A stretch of 64,000 nt of DNA from an uncultured Candidatus Binatia bacterium (GCA_965215595.1 CBDCDW010000005.1:235316-299315), one strand, 5' to 3'; positions 42,434 to 52,704 are shown, counted from the first letter of the stretch. Made by a program: numbers and translations. Notes: a model not told the origin generated them from the letters alone.

Positions 42434-44089
42434 ATGCAGGTTATTGATGCCATTTCACAGGTGATGAAACGGGAGGGGATTGAGTTCGTAAGTTGCTATC
42501 CCACTAGCCCTATCATCGAAGCCGTTGCCGTTGCCGGTATTCGGCCCATTGTCTGCCGCCAGGAGAGGGTTGGGGTGGGTTTCGCCGACGGTTTCAGTCG
42601 AGTCACCAACGGAAACCGCATAGGCGCGTTCACGATGCAGGCCGGCCCCGGGGCCGAGAACGCCTATTCCGGCATTACCACAGCCTATTCCGATTCTGTG
42701 CCGATCCTCGTTTTGGCGTCCGGATATCCCAGAGATACGGCGCAGGTCTTTCACTTTTTCAATTCTTCCAGGGCGTATTCATCGGTGTGTAAATGGGCAG
42801 AGGAAATCAACGTAGCCGATCAGGCCCTGGATGTCATGCGTCGTGCGTTTAGTTTGTTAAAGATGGGCAGGCCGGGTCCAGTCATTGTTGAAATTCCCCG
42901 CGATGTCCAAACTCAAGAATTCGGTGGGGACCCTTCCAAGTACAAACCAGTAAAGTCCACGCGGGCGGGCGCTAACGCTCAAGACGTTGCAGAAGCGGCC
43001 CGTGTTCTATTGGAAGCTCGCAACCCCGTGATATATGCAGGACAGGGCGTCCTATATGCGGAGGCGACCGATAAACTGGTTGCCCTTGCAGAGCTTTTGC
43101 AGGTACCGGTGCTGACCACCCTTGAGGGCAAGAGTGCTTTCCCCGAGGACCACCCCCTGGCACTGGGAACCGCCGCTTCGGGTATCACCCGAGCCGCCTA
43201 CCAATTCCTACAGAAAGCCGATGTCGTTCTTGCCATGGGAACCAGCCTGACGCGTCATGGCATTACTGCAGCACCCGTGCCGCCTGGCAAAGTTATCATT
43301 CAATGCACCCATGACGAGAGAGAAATTAACAAACAGTATGTAGTTGACTATCCCATATTAGGCGATGTGGATCTCGTATTGGCCCAATTCCTTGAAGCGG
43401 CAAAGGATCTGCTGGGCAATCGTAAGCGAGATTCGGACGGTGCAGTGGTTGGAGAAATCAAGAAAACAAAGGAAGAGTGGCTCGCTCAGTGGATGCCTAA
43501 ACTAACCTCGAATGAAGTTCCCATGACCCCCTATCGAGTCATCTGGGAATTCATCCAAGCGGTGGATCCGAAAAATACCATTGTTACACACGACTCGGGG
43601 AGTCCGAGAAACCAGCTCGTTCCTTTTTACCCGGCAACTACACCTCGTGGTTACCTGGGATGGGGGAAATCCCATGCCCTAGGCTGCGGGTTGGGTCTTA
43701 TCATCGGCGCAAAGCTTGCCGCCCCGGAAAAGTTCTGCGTCAACTTCATGGGCGATAGCGCCTTTGGTATGACTGGTCTAGACTTTGAAACGGCAGCACG
43801 CTGCAACATACCCATTTTGACTATTGTCTTAAACAACTTTTCAATGGCCGTAGAAACCCAGAGCATGACCAAGTCTCACGAACTGTTCAAGACACGCGAC
43901 GTGACGGGAAACTACGCTGAGATCGGTCGGGCCCTAGGCGGTTATGCCGAAAGGATCGAAAAGCCAGAAGAAATAGGGGCAGCCATTAGGCGGGCGAAGA
44001 AGGCAAACGAGGAAGGCAAGGCTGCCCTTCTGGAATTCATCACTAGCCAGGAGATCTCTTATTCCAACCTGCCAGCAATGGAGAGGTAA
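42434..44089 (+). CDS. Thiamine-diphosphate-dependent enzyme (acetolactate synthase large subunit / benzoylformate decarboxylase / sulfoacetaldehyde acetyltransferase family)
   Basis: N-terminal Pyr domain (EFVSCYPTSPIIEAV...GPGAENAYSGITTAYSDSVPILVL), central domain, and C-terminal PP domain with GDSAFGMTGLDFETAARCNIPILTIVLNN (a GDG-x24-NN-like Mg-TPP motif). Confidence 0.8.
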   Translation: MQVIDAISQVMKREGIEFVSCYPTSPIIEAVAVAGIRPIVCRQERVGVGFADGFSRVTNGNRIGAFTMQAGPGAENAYSGITTAYSDSVPILVLASGYPRDTAQVFHFFNSSRAYSSVCKWAEEINVADQALDVMRRAFSLLKMGRPGPVIVEIPRDVQTQEFGGDPSKYKPVKSTRAGANAQDVAEAARVLLEARNPVIYAGQGVLYAEATDKLVALAELLQVPVLTTLEGKSAFPEDHPLALGTAASGITRAAYQFLQKADVVLAMGTSLTRHGITAAPVPPGKVIIQCTHDEREINKQYVVDYPILGDVDLVLAQFLEAAKDLLGNRKRDSDGAVVGEIKKTKEEWLAQWMPKLTSNEVPMTPYRVIWEFIQAVDPKNTIVTHDSGSPRNQLVPFYPATTPRGYLGWGKSHALGCGLGLIIGAKLAAPEKFCVNFMGDSAFGMTGLDFETAARCNIPILTIVLNNFSMAVETQSMTKSHELFKTRDVTGNYAEIGRALGGYAERIEKPEEIGAAIRRAKKANEEGKAALLEFITSQEISYSNLPAMER

Positions 44090-44124
44090 TGGTAAGGTGC
44101 GAGGCCAGGAATATAGAATTTTAA

Positions 44125-44982
44125 ATGGAAAAGGATGAGTCACAAACCATGATTGCCAAAATTAGACACTGTGCAGTTTGGAGTGATGACTGTGCGGCCT
44201 CAGCCAGGTTTTATAAGACGATTTTTGGAATGAAACAGTACACGCGTGCGCAGCCTGGTGGTGAACTTCCAAATAGCGAAGATGACCAACCCAATCGACC
44301 GCGCGGGCAGATTAGCGATGGAGTCATTGGCTTCGCCCTCAACCCCAAGCCACCCGGATTCCGGTCGGGGCTTGATCATTTTGGATTTCAACTACAGGAT
44401 GTTGACACGGTTGTGAGCAGGATCAAGCAGTATTATCCCGATACGATATTAACAAGCGGTCTCGAAGGCGTCGCTTTTGTTGCAATGAGGGTTCATGACC
44501 CTGTAGGTACCCATATCGATATCGCTCAAGCCGGGGGCGGCAATCTAAGAGACGGATACAGCAGAGGTGAGAGTTGGGAACACCCACGACACCTGCATCA
44601 CATAGCGATCCGAGCCAGACAACCCGACCGGCTTGCTGAGTTCTATCAAAAAGTCTTTGAACTCATCGAGGTGAAAAAATTGTCCAGTGAGAAAGGTATT
44701 TGTCTCACAGACGGAACCTCCTATCTCCTCATACGTCCTTGCGACAACAACTATTACAGGAGCATGAGTCAGGGCTTGGATCACATCGGCTTTATGGTAG
44801 AGAGCATAGAAGCTGTCAAAAAGGAACTAGACGAAATTCGTAAAACCTTCCCAGACTCAGCGCCTAGAAAAATTAATATCGGTAGAAACGGACGATTTAT
44901 TCAGAGGGACATGGACGACTGCCCGCTGGGCCAATACGCACTTTCTGATCCTGAGGGTGTGTTAATTGACCTCGCAGCATAA
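44125..44982 (+). CDS. Two-domain VOC (glyoxalase/bleomycin-resistance/extradiol-dioxygenase) family protein
   Basis: Two repeats of the beta-alpha-beta-beta-beta module, each with a His (HCAVWSDD..., HHIAIRARQ...) and Glu ligand. Confidence 0.6.
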   Translation: MEKDESQTMIAKIRHCAVWSDDCAASARFYKTIFGMKQYTRAQPGGELPNSEDDQPNRPRGQISDGVIGFALNPKPPGFRSGLDHFGFQLQDVDTVVSRIKQYYPDTILTSGLEGVAFVAMRVHDPVGTHIDIAQAGGGNLRDGYSRGESWEHPRHLHHIAIRARQPDRLAEFYQKVFELIEVKKLSSEKGICLTDGTSYLLIRPCDNNYYRSMSQGLDHIGFMVESIEAVKKELDEIRKTFPDSAPRKINIGRNGRFIQRDMDDCPLGQYALSDPEGVLIDLAA

Positions 44983-45049
44983 TGGGAATTTCTGCTTCTT
45001 CGGGCGGAATTGGAGAAAGTGCGATTATTCTTCTTCATGGAGGTGAAAA

Positions 45050-45862
45050 ATGGATAAGTTTATTAACGTCGATGGCCTGAAAACTCGCTATTTAGAGGAA
45101 GGAACAGGTCCCGCTGTTGTCCTGCTGCATGGAGCTTCATTGGGCTCCTCTGCCGAAGTGTACCAGGATACATTGGAGCGGTTGGCCAAGGGAGGGTATC
45201 GCGCCATTGCTTTTGACCAGCCCGGCTATGGCCACACGGAAAACCCGAGTGACTACAGAGCTTCATACCGGATGAGGTTTATTCCCAAATTCCTTGACGC
45301 GATGGGTCTTGGCAATGCCTGCGTTGGGGGCCATTCTCAAGCGGGAAACATGGCGACACAGTTGGCTTTGGACGGAAGCCCTCAAGTAAGTAGGGTTATC
45401 ATCATCGGGACGGGTCCGCTTCTCCCCCCGCTGCCAGACCAAGGTGGCGCGGGAAGGGCGGGTGGTGGTGACGAAGGGGAAGCATCCGAACCCACTCTAG
45501 AGTCCACCAAAAAGGACCTTGAAGCCAACACCTTTCATCAAGAGCTAATCACCCCTGAGGTCGTGCAAAAGAGACACCAGTTGAGCATCGGGAAAAACTT
45601 TGAGGCCGCAAAACAGCGAGCGAAAGCCCGTGAGCGGTCGACAAGTGATGTACCCCTGTGGAAACGGTTGAAAGAGCTACCCGTACCCCTTTTGATGATT
45701 TACGGAAAGCAGGATCGTGGTCAGGCGGGGAAAAGAGCCGCCCTATTCATGGAAATGGAACCGGGTATCAGACTGGAATTGATCGACAACGCACGTCACA
45801 TGGTCATGTGGGATGCCAAGGAACTGTTTGCCCAAAAAATCCTGGATTTTCTTTCTAAATGA
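45050..45862 (+). CDS. Alpha/beta-fold hydrolase (meta-cleavage-product hydrolase/haloalkane-dehalogenase-like)
   Basis: HG oxyanion motif (VVLLHGASLGSS), nucleophile elbow GGHSQAG, and C-terminal His (NARHMVMWD). Confidence 0.75.
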   Translation: MDKFINVDGLKTRYLEEGTGPAVVLLHGASLGSSAEVYQDTLERLAKGGYRAIAFDQPGYGHTENPSDYRASYRMRFIPKFLDAMGLGNACVGGHSQAGNMATQLALDGSPQVSRVIIIGTGPLLPPLPDQGGAGRAGGGDEGEASEPTLESTKKDLEANTFHQELITPEVVQKRHQLSIGKNFEAAKQRAKARERSTSDVPLWKRLKELPVPLLMIYGKQDRGQAGKRAALFMEMEPGIRLELIDNARHMVMWDAKELFAQKILDFLSK

Positions 45863-46288
45863 CTGATCGGAGTCAACCAGGAAACAGCAAGGAGACAATG
45901 GACAACCTGAGAAATGTCAGAGATAGAGACAGGACAGAGTAAGATAAGAGAATAGCGCCAAAGGCATAGAATCCGTGTAGTTTCAGGACCACTGACTACC
46001 GACCTTCGACCCGGATCCGGGGATTAATGAGCGTGAGTCTGTAGTCCATTGTCTTTATTCTGTTGTCTCTCTAGGTTTCTCGCTCAGCACTCAGCACTCG
46101 TTTCTCAGTACTATTAAGAAACGCTTTGCGCCACGCACCATGCGCTCTGCGCTTTGCTGTCCCTTAGTCTACTAAAATCCGCGATTAGAATATCTTCTCC
46201 GAACTTGGCCACCTTCGCGCCTTTGCGAGAGGATCTTTTCTTAGAATTTGGGACTAAAAGCTCTTGACGCTTAGCGCTATGCGCTTTG

Positions 46289-47413
46289 CTATTTATTGCC
46301 CATGGCATGGAGCTTGGGAATAACTTCCTTGCCAAACAAGCGCACATTGTTGAGCACCATTTCCTGGGGCATCGCACCCATGCGCACTATGGCCATGAAT
46401 GTGCCGAACCCGCCGAGCTCCTCATACTGCGACTTGAGGTCGCTCAAGACTCGATCCGGTGTTCCCACTAACACAAACCCATCGTCGCGCATTTTTTCCA
46501 TGGGGGTTGTATCAAAGGGGTATGGGGTTTTCACCTGGTCTCTGGTCAGGTCGGGATTCTGTTCCAGTAACTTACCGATGGCTGCGTTATTGATCTCTCC
46601 CAACAGTTTCTGGAAATAGTACTCAAAGTGTTTTTTGCACTGCTTCTCCGCCTCCTTTTGACTTTCTGCAACGAAGACATGGCGTGCAAGCAGGATGTCC
46701 TTTTCGGTAACCTTGCGGCCCTCCTCCGCACACGCCTCACGGAAAAAATCCAACTGCTTTTTGATGAATGCCGTGGGTGTAAAGGTCACACAAAGGGTTA
46801 CTCCGGGTCTCTTAGCTACGTTCCTGGTTGGTTCCGGGCCGATGGCGCCGACCCACACCGGCGGGTGGGGTTTCTGATAGGGGCGTGGCCACATGTCAAC
46901 ATCCTTGTATTGGTAGTATTGTCCTTTGTGGGAAAATAGATCGCTGGTCCAGGCATTGATAATCACATCCAGGGCTTCTTCAAATCGGGGCCGCCCCTCT
47001 TTCACTGGGATACAATAGGGCAGGTACTCCCTGGGGATGCCACGCACGAATCCAGCGATCACTCGACCATGGGACAGGTTGTCCAACATGGCCAATTCCT
47101 CGGCAACGCGCAGGGGATGGCCATGGAGAGGGAGCAAATTGCCCGCCATGGCAAGCTTGAGGGTTTTGGTCTTGGCGGCGATGTAGGATAAAAACACATT
47201 GGGCGAGTTATCCAGGCTGTAGGGGCTCCCGTGGTGCTCGTTGAGGCAGACCCCGTCAAAGCCCATCTCTTCCATGAGTAGAAACTGTTCGACGTGGTTC
47301 TCATAGGTTTTGACGGCCATTTCAGGTTCGTAATTTTTGATCCCCACCGGATAGCCCAAACGTCCCGTTAAGTCTTTCATGTAAGGAACAAAATCAAAGG
47401 TAAAAACTTGCAT
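46289..47413 (-). CDS. LLM-class (luciferase-like) flavin-dependent monooxygenase/oxidoreductase
   Basis: ...EEMGFDGVCLNEHHGSPYSLDNSPNVFLSYIAAKTKTLKLAMAGNLLPLHGHPLRVAEELAMLDNLSHGRVIAGFVRG is the hallmark LLM TIM-barrel region. Confidence 0.8.
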   Translation of the reverse strand: MQVFTFDFVPYMKDLTGRLGYPVGIKNYEPEMAVKTYENHVEQFLLMEEMGFDGVCLNEHHGSPYSLDNSPNVFLSYIAAKTKTLKLAMAGNLLPLHGHPLRVAEELAMLDNLSHGRVIAGFVRGIPREYLPYCIPVKEGRPRFEEALDVIINAWTSDLFSHKGQYYQYKDVDMWPRPYQKPHPPVWVGAIGPEPTRNVAKRPGVTLCVTFTPTAFIKKQLDFFREACAEEGRKVTEKDILLARHVFVAESQKEAEKQCKKHFEYYFQKLLGEINNAAIGKLLEQNPDLTRDQVKTPYPFDTTPMEKMRDDGFVLVGTPDRVLSDLKSQYEELGGFGTFMAIVRMGAMPQEMVLNNVRLFGKEVIPKLHAMGNK

Positions 47414-47587
47414 GTACTTTTTCCTCCCTAGTTAACTTATTTCATCATAGAGTCACACTATTAAACGTATAACAGATTGATTTTAATTATATTTATCGCG
47501 CTAAGGCACCGCTGAGCTAAAAATCCGAAATCCCAAACTCGAAATCTCAAACAAACCAAAAAACTCAAATCCAAAAAACTAAATTCA

Positions 47588-47601
47588 AAACGAATTCGTT
47601 T
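47588..47601. promoter_or_regulatory. Perfect 14-bp palindrome aaacgaattcgttt, ~115 bp upstream of the LLM gene and ~120 bp downstream of the TetR gene; candidate TetR-family operator
   Basis: Dyad symmetry is visible directly. It is embedded in an A-rich low-complexity tract (47521-47590). Confidence 0.3.
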
Positions 47602-47723
47602 GGAATTCAATTTATTTTATCATTTAGAATTGTTTCGAATTTCAAGTTTGTAATTCTAGTTATACTTGGCGTCCTTTGCGTCTTTGCGCGAGTCATCCTT
47701 TTCTGGATCCTGTAGACCCTCAA

Positions 47724-48392
47724 TTACTCCGAACGTACTTTCGTTGTCATAGATTGATTCTTCATCGCGGATAGTGAAAATTGGGTGATGTGTTGAGCCA
47801 GCTTTTCAATATTCTCCACAGAAAATTTCTGCATGGAGTACAACCGGCTGATTACCGCCCTGGAATGGTGATAGAAGCCGCATTGACTCACCACGCTCAA
47901 CATGTTCAGACGAACCGATTCATCATCAGCTTCAGGCCCAAGAAGCTCCCGCACAATGGACTCCAGTTCCTGACTCAGCGGTCGAATGGCTTCTTCCACA
48001 ATCACATCAAGGGCGGGTGATGGTTCGATCAACTCTCGTGCCGCCAACTTCATATGCCAGTTTGGACGTCCCTCACTCAAGAGTCGATTTAGCAACGATC
48101 GAATGAAGGCATGAAGCCTATCGTCCGCGCTGGCCCCGCGTTTCAAACCGAGACTTGGGGGATACAGATCCGTAGCGGTGGAATGCAGGTAGCGCATCAC
48201 CGCAAGGTACAGGCCGTCCTTGTCCCTAAAGTAGTAATTCACCGCGGCAAGGTTCGCCCTGGCCTTTTCGCAGATTTGCCGTACCGTCGCGCCGCGATAA
48301 CCATACTCGGCAAAGATTTCACCCGCCGCCTCCAGAAGACGTTCCTCTGTTCCTAAACTATTGGCAGAATCTGTCCGTGCTTCCTTAATCAT
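47724..48392 (-). CDS. TetR/AcrR-family transcriptional regulator
   Basis: N-terminal HTH LLEAAGEIFAEYGYRGATVRQICEKARANLAAVNYYFRDKDGLY, then a ~150-aa helical ligand-binding domain. Confidence 0.8.
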   Translation of the reverse strand: MIKEARTDSANSLGTEERLLEAAGEIFAEYGYRGATVRQICEKARANLAAVNYYFRDKDGLYLAVMRYLHSTATDLYPPSLGLKRGASADDRLHAFIRSLLNRLLSEGRPNWHMKLAARELIEPSPALDVIVEEAIRPLSQELESIVRELLGPEADDESVRLNMLSVVSQCGFYHHSRAVISRLYSMQKFSVENIEKLAQHITQFSLSAMKNQSMTTKVRSE

Positions 48393-48509
48393 GGTATTAA
48401 AACGCTTGTATTAAACAACTGTATCATTGTCAACTACTTTCTTGTCAGAGGCAGGCGCTACAAATGTAAGTAGCTAATTCTACTGGACTAATTATGAGAG
48501 CAACTGGCA

Positions 48510-48551
48510 GAAAATTAAACGAGACCGGGGGTGGGGAAAAATCCCCCGGTC
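48510..48551 (-). terminator. Rho-independent-terminator-like hairpin (9-bp GC stem gaccggggg/cccccggtc) followed on the minus strand by a T-rich run, just downstream of the bicupin gene
   Basis: gaccgggggtggggaaaaatcccccggtc. The minus-strand continuation is tcgtttaatttt. Confidence 0.4.
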
Positions 48552-48591
48552 AATTGATTGGAAGTTGACGACAAGCCTTTGTTGGCGACTC

Positions 48592-49731
48592 CTAAGGAAT
48601 GACCGTACTCTTTTGCTGTGTTGATTGACGATAATTTATGGGGGCCATTCCAATCTGGATTCCTTCCTTTGCCAATTCCGCTTCGTATATGGATCGGACT
48701 TCGCGCGGTTCATCCTCATGCTCCATAATGTGACCACCTTCCAGTTCGCTGGTGGTGGGCAGCCAGGTGGTTCCCACACCGCGGAGGCCGCTACGAAGCG
48801 CGAGATGTCGGGCCGGTTCCTTGCTGGTAGTGAAATGGGAATGGTACCACCCTTCGGGAGGAACCAGCAGACTACCCTTGCGCCAGTCAACTTTAACGAA
48901 CTCTCCGCCCGGCGGCCACATGAGACTGTATCCCTTACCACCCAAAACGACCACTTGGGCCCCCGGGCCATGTCGGTGAGGTTTTCTGTACGTCCCGCTT
49001 TCGATTTGCATGATATGGCCAATCATCGCAGTGTTATTGGAACCACTGATTCCGAGGCGACTGAAACCTGCACCGCGGGTGGGATATTTAGTCAGTTGTA
49101 CCGCCTCAGCGTCAGGAATAAAGTTGACCGATGTGTCTTCCAAAATTCCAGGTTTCATTTCGGCACTAAAATAATCGCTCTCTCCTGAAAATCGATCGGC
49201 AAATTCATAGGGTGCATTAAATATAAAATCGGCCGAGCCGTAAACGTTGAAGATCATCGGCGCGTTGTTGGCCGCCACAAACCGCACTGCCTCCGATGCC
49301 GAGCCATTGAAGTGCTGAAATTTGGTGTTCAGAGGCGGGGAGAAGATGCTACCGGGTTGCCACTCCACGGTGGTCGCTTGATTGGTCCTGTCACACCAGA
49401 TCTGGGTGGCCCCATGACCTTCTAGAATGAGAATCAATTCCTCATACATATGACGCATGGGCTGTAGGCTCTGCCCTGGGGGAATCTCCGCCACCAGGGA
49501 ACCCACCATTCCCTGAGATCCCGCGAGATGACAGTAGGCAGCAGGACCTCCAAGCCGGTCCCAGGGTTTCAATGGCGCGGTGCGCAGATCCTCCACCCCG
49601 TATCCAGTGATTACGGAAAGTCCCTCGTCCTCACAAAACTTTAAAAATTGAGACTTTACCAGGAACCTGCTTTTCGCCTCCGCCTCTAGATCCGCTAATG
49701 ATCGGTTACTCGTCTTTGAAACAACTGCCAT
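48592..49731 (-). CDS. Bicupin-like protein (gentisate/1-hydroxy-2-naphthoate-dioxygenase-like fold), assignment tentative
   Basis: Two cupin-like blocks (…HMYEELILILEGHGATQIW… and …GWYHSHFT…). Its length is ~380 aa, typical of bicupin dioxygenases. Confidence 0.45.
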   Translation of the reverse strand: MAVVSKTSNRSLADLEAEAKSRFLVKSQFLKFCEDEGLSVITGYGVEDLRTAPLKPWDRLGGPAAYCHLAGSQGMVGSLVAEIPPGQSLQPMRHMYEELILILEGHGATQIWCDRTNQATTVEWQPGSIFSPPLNTKFQHFNGSASEAVRFVAANNAPMIFNVYGSADFIFNAPYEFADRFSGESDYFSAEMKPGILEDTSVNFIPDAEAVQLTKYPTRGAGFSRLGISGSNNTAMIGHIMQIESGTYRKPHRHGPGAQVVVLGGKGYSLMWPPGGEFVKVDWRKGSLLVPPEGWYHSHFTTSKEPARHLALRSGLRGVGTTWLPTTSELEGGHIMEHEDEPREVRSIYEAELAKEGIQIGMAPINYRQSTQQKSTVIP

Positions 49732-49926
49732 TTAATCCTCCTCCTTCCTAAACAAAACATTCCAACGGGTTCAAACGTTAAAGGTTCATTTTTCAACTAG
49801 AAGAAATCGACCAAATCTTAGTAGTACCTTCTTACTTTTTACCCCGAACCACGGAACGCACCGTCAGTAAGCGCTGGGATGAATGTTCCGGCCTCCCTGC
49901 AAGGACTGGCCCCGACACCCTGGGCG

Positions 49927-50523
49927 TTATCCGGTGGTACGGGGTTTACCCCAGTAATCGGGATGCTGAAGCACTGCATTGACAAAGGCCTCTTTCATGG
50001 GCCGGCCAGAGGTAACACGCGGATCCCTTTTAATCCGTACTGTCTCTGCGTCAACCTTGACTACCAAGAAATGCGGCCCTGGTTCCTTTACCGCCGGCTG
50101 TACGATCCTGATGAACTCGTCCAAGGTCCGGATAGTTGCGGTCTTTTGGATTCCCGCACCTTGGGCCATCTTTTCCAGGTCCGTCCGCCGGGAGGTGAAC
50201 GTGGGCCCCATCCGCGCATAGGATTCATTGTCAAATACAAGGACCATCAAGTTGGTCGGATTGGCATCCGCCATGGTGATCAGAGCGCTGGTATCGATCA
50301 TCAGGCTTCCATCGGAGTCCAGGGCAATAACTTTTCGCTTGGGAAAGGCAAAACTAAGCCCCACAGAAAACCCGACGGTGAGTCCCATGTTCCAGGCATA
50401 GAAGTTTACCCCCTTTTCTCGCAGGTTGGGCCATATGGCCGAGTTGGATGATAGGCTGGTTACCACAGGGTCGTTCACATCGACCCATTTAACAAGATGT
50501 TCGAGGCATTCAAGGCGATTCAC
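49927..50523 (-). CDS. TPP-dependent decarboxylase, beta subunit (sulfopyruvate/phosphonopyruvate decarboxylase ComE-like; PP-binding domain)
   Basis: ...NPTNLMVLVFDNESYARMG... is a TPP/Mg-binding GDG-N-type region. It overlaps the alpha-subunit gene by 4 bp. Confidence 0.65.
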   Translation of the reverse strand: MNRLECLEHLVKWVDVNDPVVTSLSSNSAIWPNLREKGVNFYAWNMGLTVGFSVGLSFAFPKRKVIALDSDGSLMIDTSALITMADANPTNLMVLVFDNESYARMGPTFTSRRTDLEKMAQGAGIQKTATIRTLDEFIRIVQPAVKEPGPHFLVVKVDAETVRIKRDPRVTSGRPMKEAFVNAVLQHPDYWGKPRTTG

Positions 50524-51035
50524 CAGAGCACCTCCCCCGTTAAAAGCACCACCACTGGCGAGTGATAATCATGGGCGGCAAAATTGGCATCCCGAAGGGT
50601 ACGCTGCAGATCGCTTTTTTTGTTCACCACCCGATATGGGAGCTGGAGAGCATTCAAGAGCGGCTCAGCCACCTGTTTGAAAAGTAGAAGCTGGGAACCG
50701 GGAACACCGCTGTGATCACCCATATCCCCCCGGTATGAGGCCAAAATCAAAAACGGAATTCCGTAGCTGATTGCAGTTGACTGTGCTAGCGCCCAGGTAC
50801 CCACCATAAGGCCGGCGATGCCAGTAACAAAAACAACCTTTCGTCCCCCCAGTGCAGCCCCCGCACAGAGGGCTATGCCGTTTCCTTCCGCGGCCACCGT
50901 AAGGGAAGTAAAACTCGAATCCTTGCGTATGGCCTCAGTTAGGGAGGAAGTAGGCTCCTCCGGCAGGGTCACAACCATATCGATCCCTTCTTCCTTGAAG
51001 GTCTCGATAATCAACTCACCTGAATCTTGATGCAT
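50520..51035 (-). CDS. TPP-dependent decarboxylase, alpha subunit (ComD-like; Pyr domain)
   Basis: ...AAEGNGIALCAGAALGGRKVVFVTGIAGLMVGTWALAQSTAISYGIPFLILASYRG is a typical pyrimidine-binding domain of two-subunit TPP decarboxylases. Confidence 0.65.
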   Translation of the reverse strand: MHQDSGELIIETFKEEGIDMVVTLPEEPTSSLTEAIRKDSSFTSLTVAAEGNGIALCAGAALGGRKVVFVTGIAGLMVGTWALAQSTAISYGIPFLILASYRGDMGDHSGVPGSQLLLFKQVAEPLLNALQLPYRVVNKKSDLQRTLRDANFAAHDYHSPVVVLLTGEVLW

Positions 51036-51257
51036 AGTGTTTTTATCCTCACTTTGGTAAATAAAATTAGTAAAGTTTCTGAGTCATTTCTAACAAAATC
51101 TTTTAAAAGATTCCGTGGTTTCTGGATCACAGAATTCTGAGAAAGACTACTCGCGCAAAGGACGCCAAGTTTAAAGAAAACATTATCTTTGCGAGCTTTG
51201 CGTCTTGGCGCGAAAATCTTTATTAAAGTCGTTTTGTTCGTATTTTACAATATAGAT

Positions 51258-52667
51258 CTAACGTCCCTTTCCTGTGGAAGGCCCCAGAGAAATTCCATAA
51301 CGATCCCATTCACGGCTCACCTTTTCCACGGCCTCCGGAGCCGGCTGACACACGGCGGGAAAATCTTTGGCGTTGTATCGAGTCGCGTCGATGATCATCT
51401 TGGAGCAACGTGCCGGCCCTGCCTGTTCTTCAGGCGGTAGGGACGGATCCAAAAAGATACCCGTCACCTCGCGCAGGATCTCCACATCCCGATGGGCCTG
51501 AACACGTGTGGACACCGCCCACTCCACTGCCAGCGAGTCAGTTGGGTCCACGTCATGGTCCACCACGGTCACATGTTTAATGTGGCGGCCACTGGGTGAG
51601 CCCAGCACGGCCATGCCAACCATCTTGCCGTATCCCTCGAACAGTTTTTCCACAGAGATTACGGCATGAAAGACACCACATCCACCTTCCGGGAGATGGA
51701 TCCCTTTGACTCCCGGCAGCTTGATGGCGCGCAGGATCTCCGATTCCTTTCCCACTGCTGTTAGCACATCCGTCTCATGGGGAGGCGCCCCCTGATACGC
51801 CAGGTGCTGGATGAAGTTCTTGCGATGCGTGATTGCAGTAACGTGAATGGTCGAGCGTGGCAGTCTCGGCCCGCCGTAGTGACCGGTAAACTCGCCGAAG
51901 GGGCCCTCCTCCCGCTTTTCAGCCGGCCTTACCTCTCCTTCGATCACCACCTCGGCATCGGCAGGCACCTCCAGGGGGACCGTCTTGCAAGGTACAATTT
52001 CGATGGGCTTGCCACGCAGGGCACCTGCCATGGCAAGCTCGTCGGCTTCAAAGGGAAAGGGGGAGCATGCAGCCATGACTACCCTTGGATCAGCTCCCAT
52101 GACGATGGCCACTGGGAACGGTTCGTTGGGCGCGGTACGGTGCTGCAGCATAATATGAGTGTAAGGACCGGAAAGGAGGCCCAAAGTGTGCTTGTCATGA
52201 ACCATGTTGCGATAGACCCCCACATTGCGCTCACCGGTGGTCAAGTCCCTGGTGATGTGACAAGAAAGGGTAAGGTAGGGACCGCCGTCACGGGCGTTCA
52301 GTATGGGCGCGATGAGCCGGTTCAGGTCCGCCTCCTCCCCCAGCCAAACCTCTTCCTGACATTTCCCGCTCTCAACCATTATAGGAGGCAAAGGGTTACT
52401 TGCCCGGCGGTTCCACTCCGCGTGCATCTCTTCCTGCTTGCACTGCATGGCCATTGCGTAGCGGCGCCGGGTTGCCAACAGGTTGATGACCACCGGGATA
52501 TCCCTTCCTCCCGGTTTTTCGAAAAGCAATGCCGGACCGTAATTCTTCAGGCTTTTGACGCAAACAGCACCAAACTCCTGGTTCAGATCCACAGGTATCT
52601 TCACCCGTGCAAGCTCTCCTTCTTTTTCCAGCAAGTCTATGAACTCACGCAAACCATTAAAAGGCAT
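51258..52667 (-). CDS. UbiD-family (prFMN-dependent) reversible aromatic-acid decarboxylase/carboxylase, paralogue 1
   Basis: MPFNGLREFIDLLEKEGELARVKIPVDLNQEFGAVCVKSLKNYGPALLFEKP has the same N-terminal architecture as E. coli UbiD. A UbiD-typical Gly-rich loop with Glu follows (...EGPFGEFTGHYGG...). 469 aa. Confidence 0.8.
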   Translation of the reverse strand: MPFNGLREFIDLLEKEGELARVKIPVDLNQEFGAVCVKSLKNYGPALLFEKPGGRDIPVVINLLATRRRYAMAMQCKQEEMHAEWNRRASNPLPPIMVESGKCQEEVWLGEEADLNRLIAPILNARDGGPYLTLSCHITRDLTTGERNVGVYRNMVHDKHTLGLLSGPYTHIMLQHRTAPNEPFPVAIVMGADPRVVMAACSPFPFEADELAMAGALRGKPIEIVPCKTVPLEVPADAEVVIEGEVRPAEKREEGPFGEFTGHYGGPRLPRSTIHVTAITHRKNFIQHLAYQGAPPHETDVLTAVGKESEILRAIKLPGVKGIHLPEGGCGVFHAVISVEKLFEGYGKMVGMAVLGSPSGRHIKHVTVVDHDVDPTDSLAVEWAVSTRVQAHRDVEILREVTGIFLDPSLPPEEQAGPARCSKMIIDATRYNAKDFPAVCQPAPEAVEKVSREWDRYGISLGPSTGKGR

Positions 52668-52704
52668 AGATTCCTCTCCCTAATCCTCGTTATGCGCGCC
52701 GAGT

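Noticed and set aside
47656-47672. ttGGcgtccttTGCg and similar motifs as sigma-54 -24/-12 promoters
   Set aside because: The GG-to-GC spacing is 10 nt, not the required 12. The copies also occur in both orientations and in convergent-gene gaps, so they are not consistently positioned as promoters.
49927-51035. The two TPP-decarboxylase ORFs as a frameshifted single gene
   Set aside because: Alpha (Pyr) and beta (PP) domains as separate, 4-bp-overlapping genes is the normal organisation for ComD/ComE-type decarboxylases. I do not count it as a lesion.
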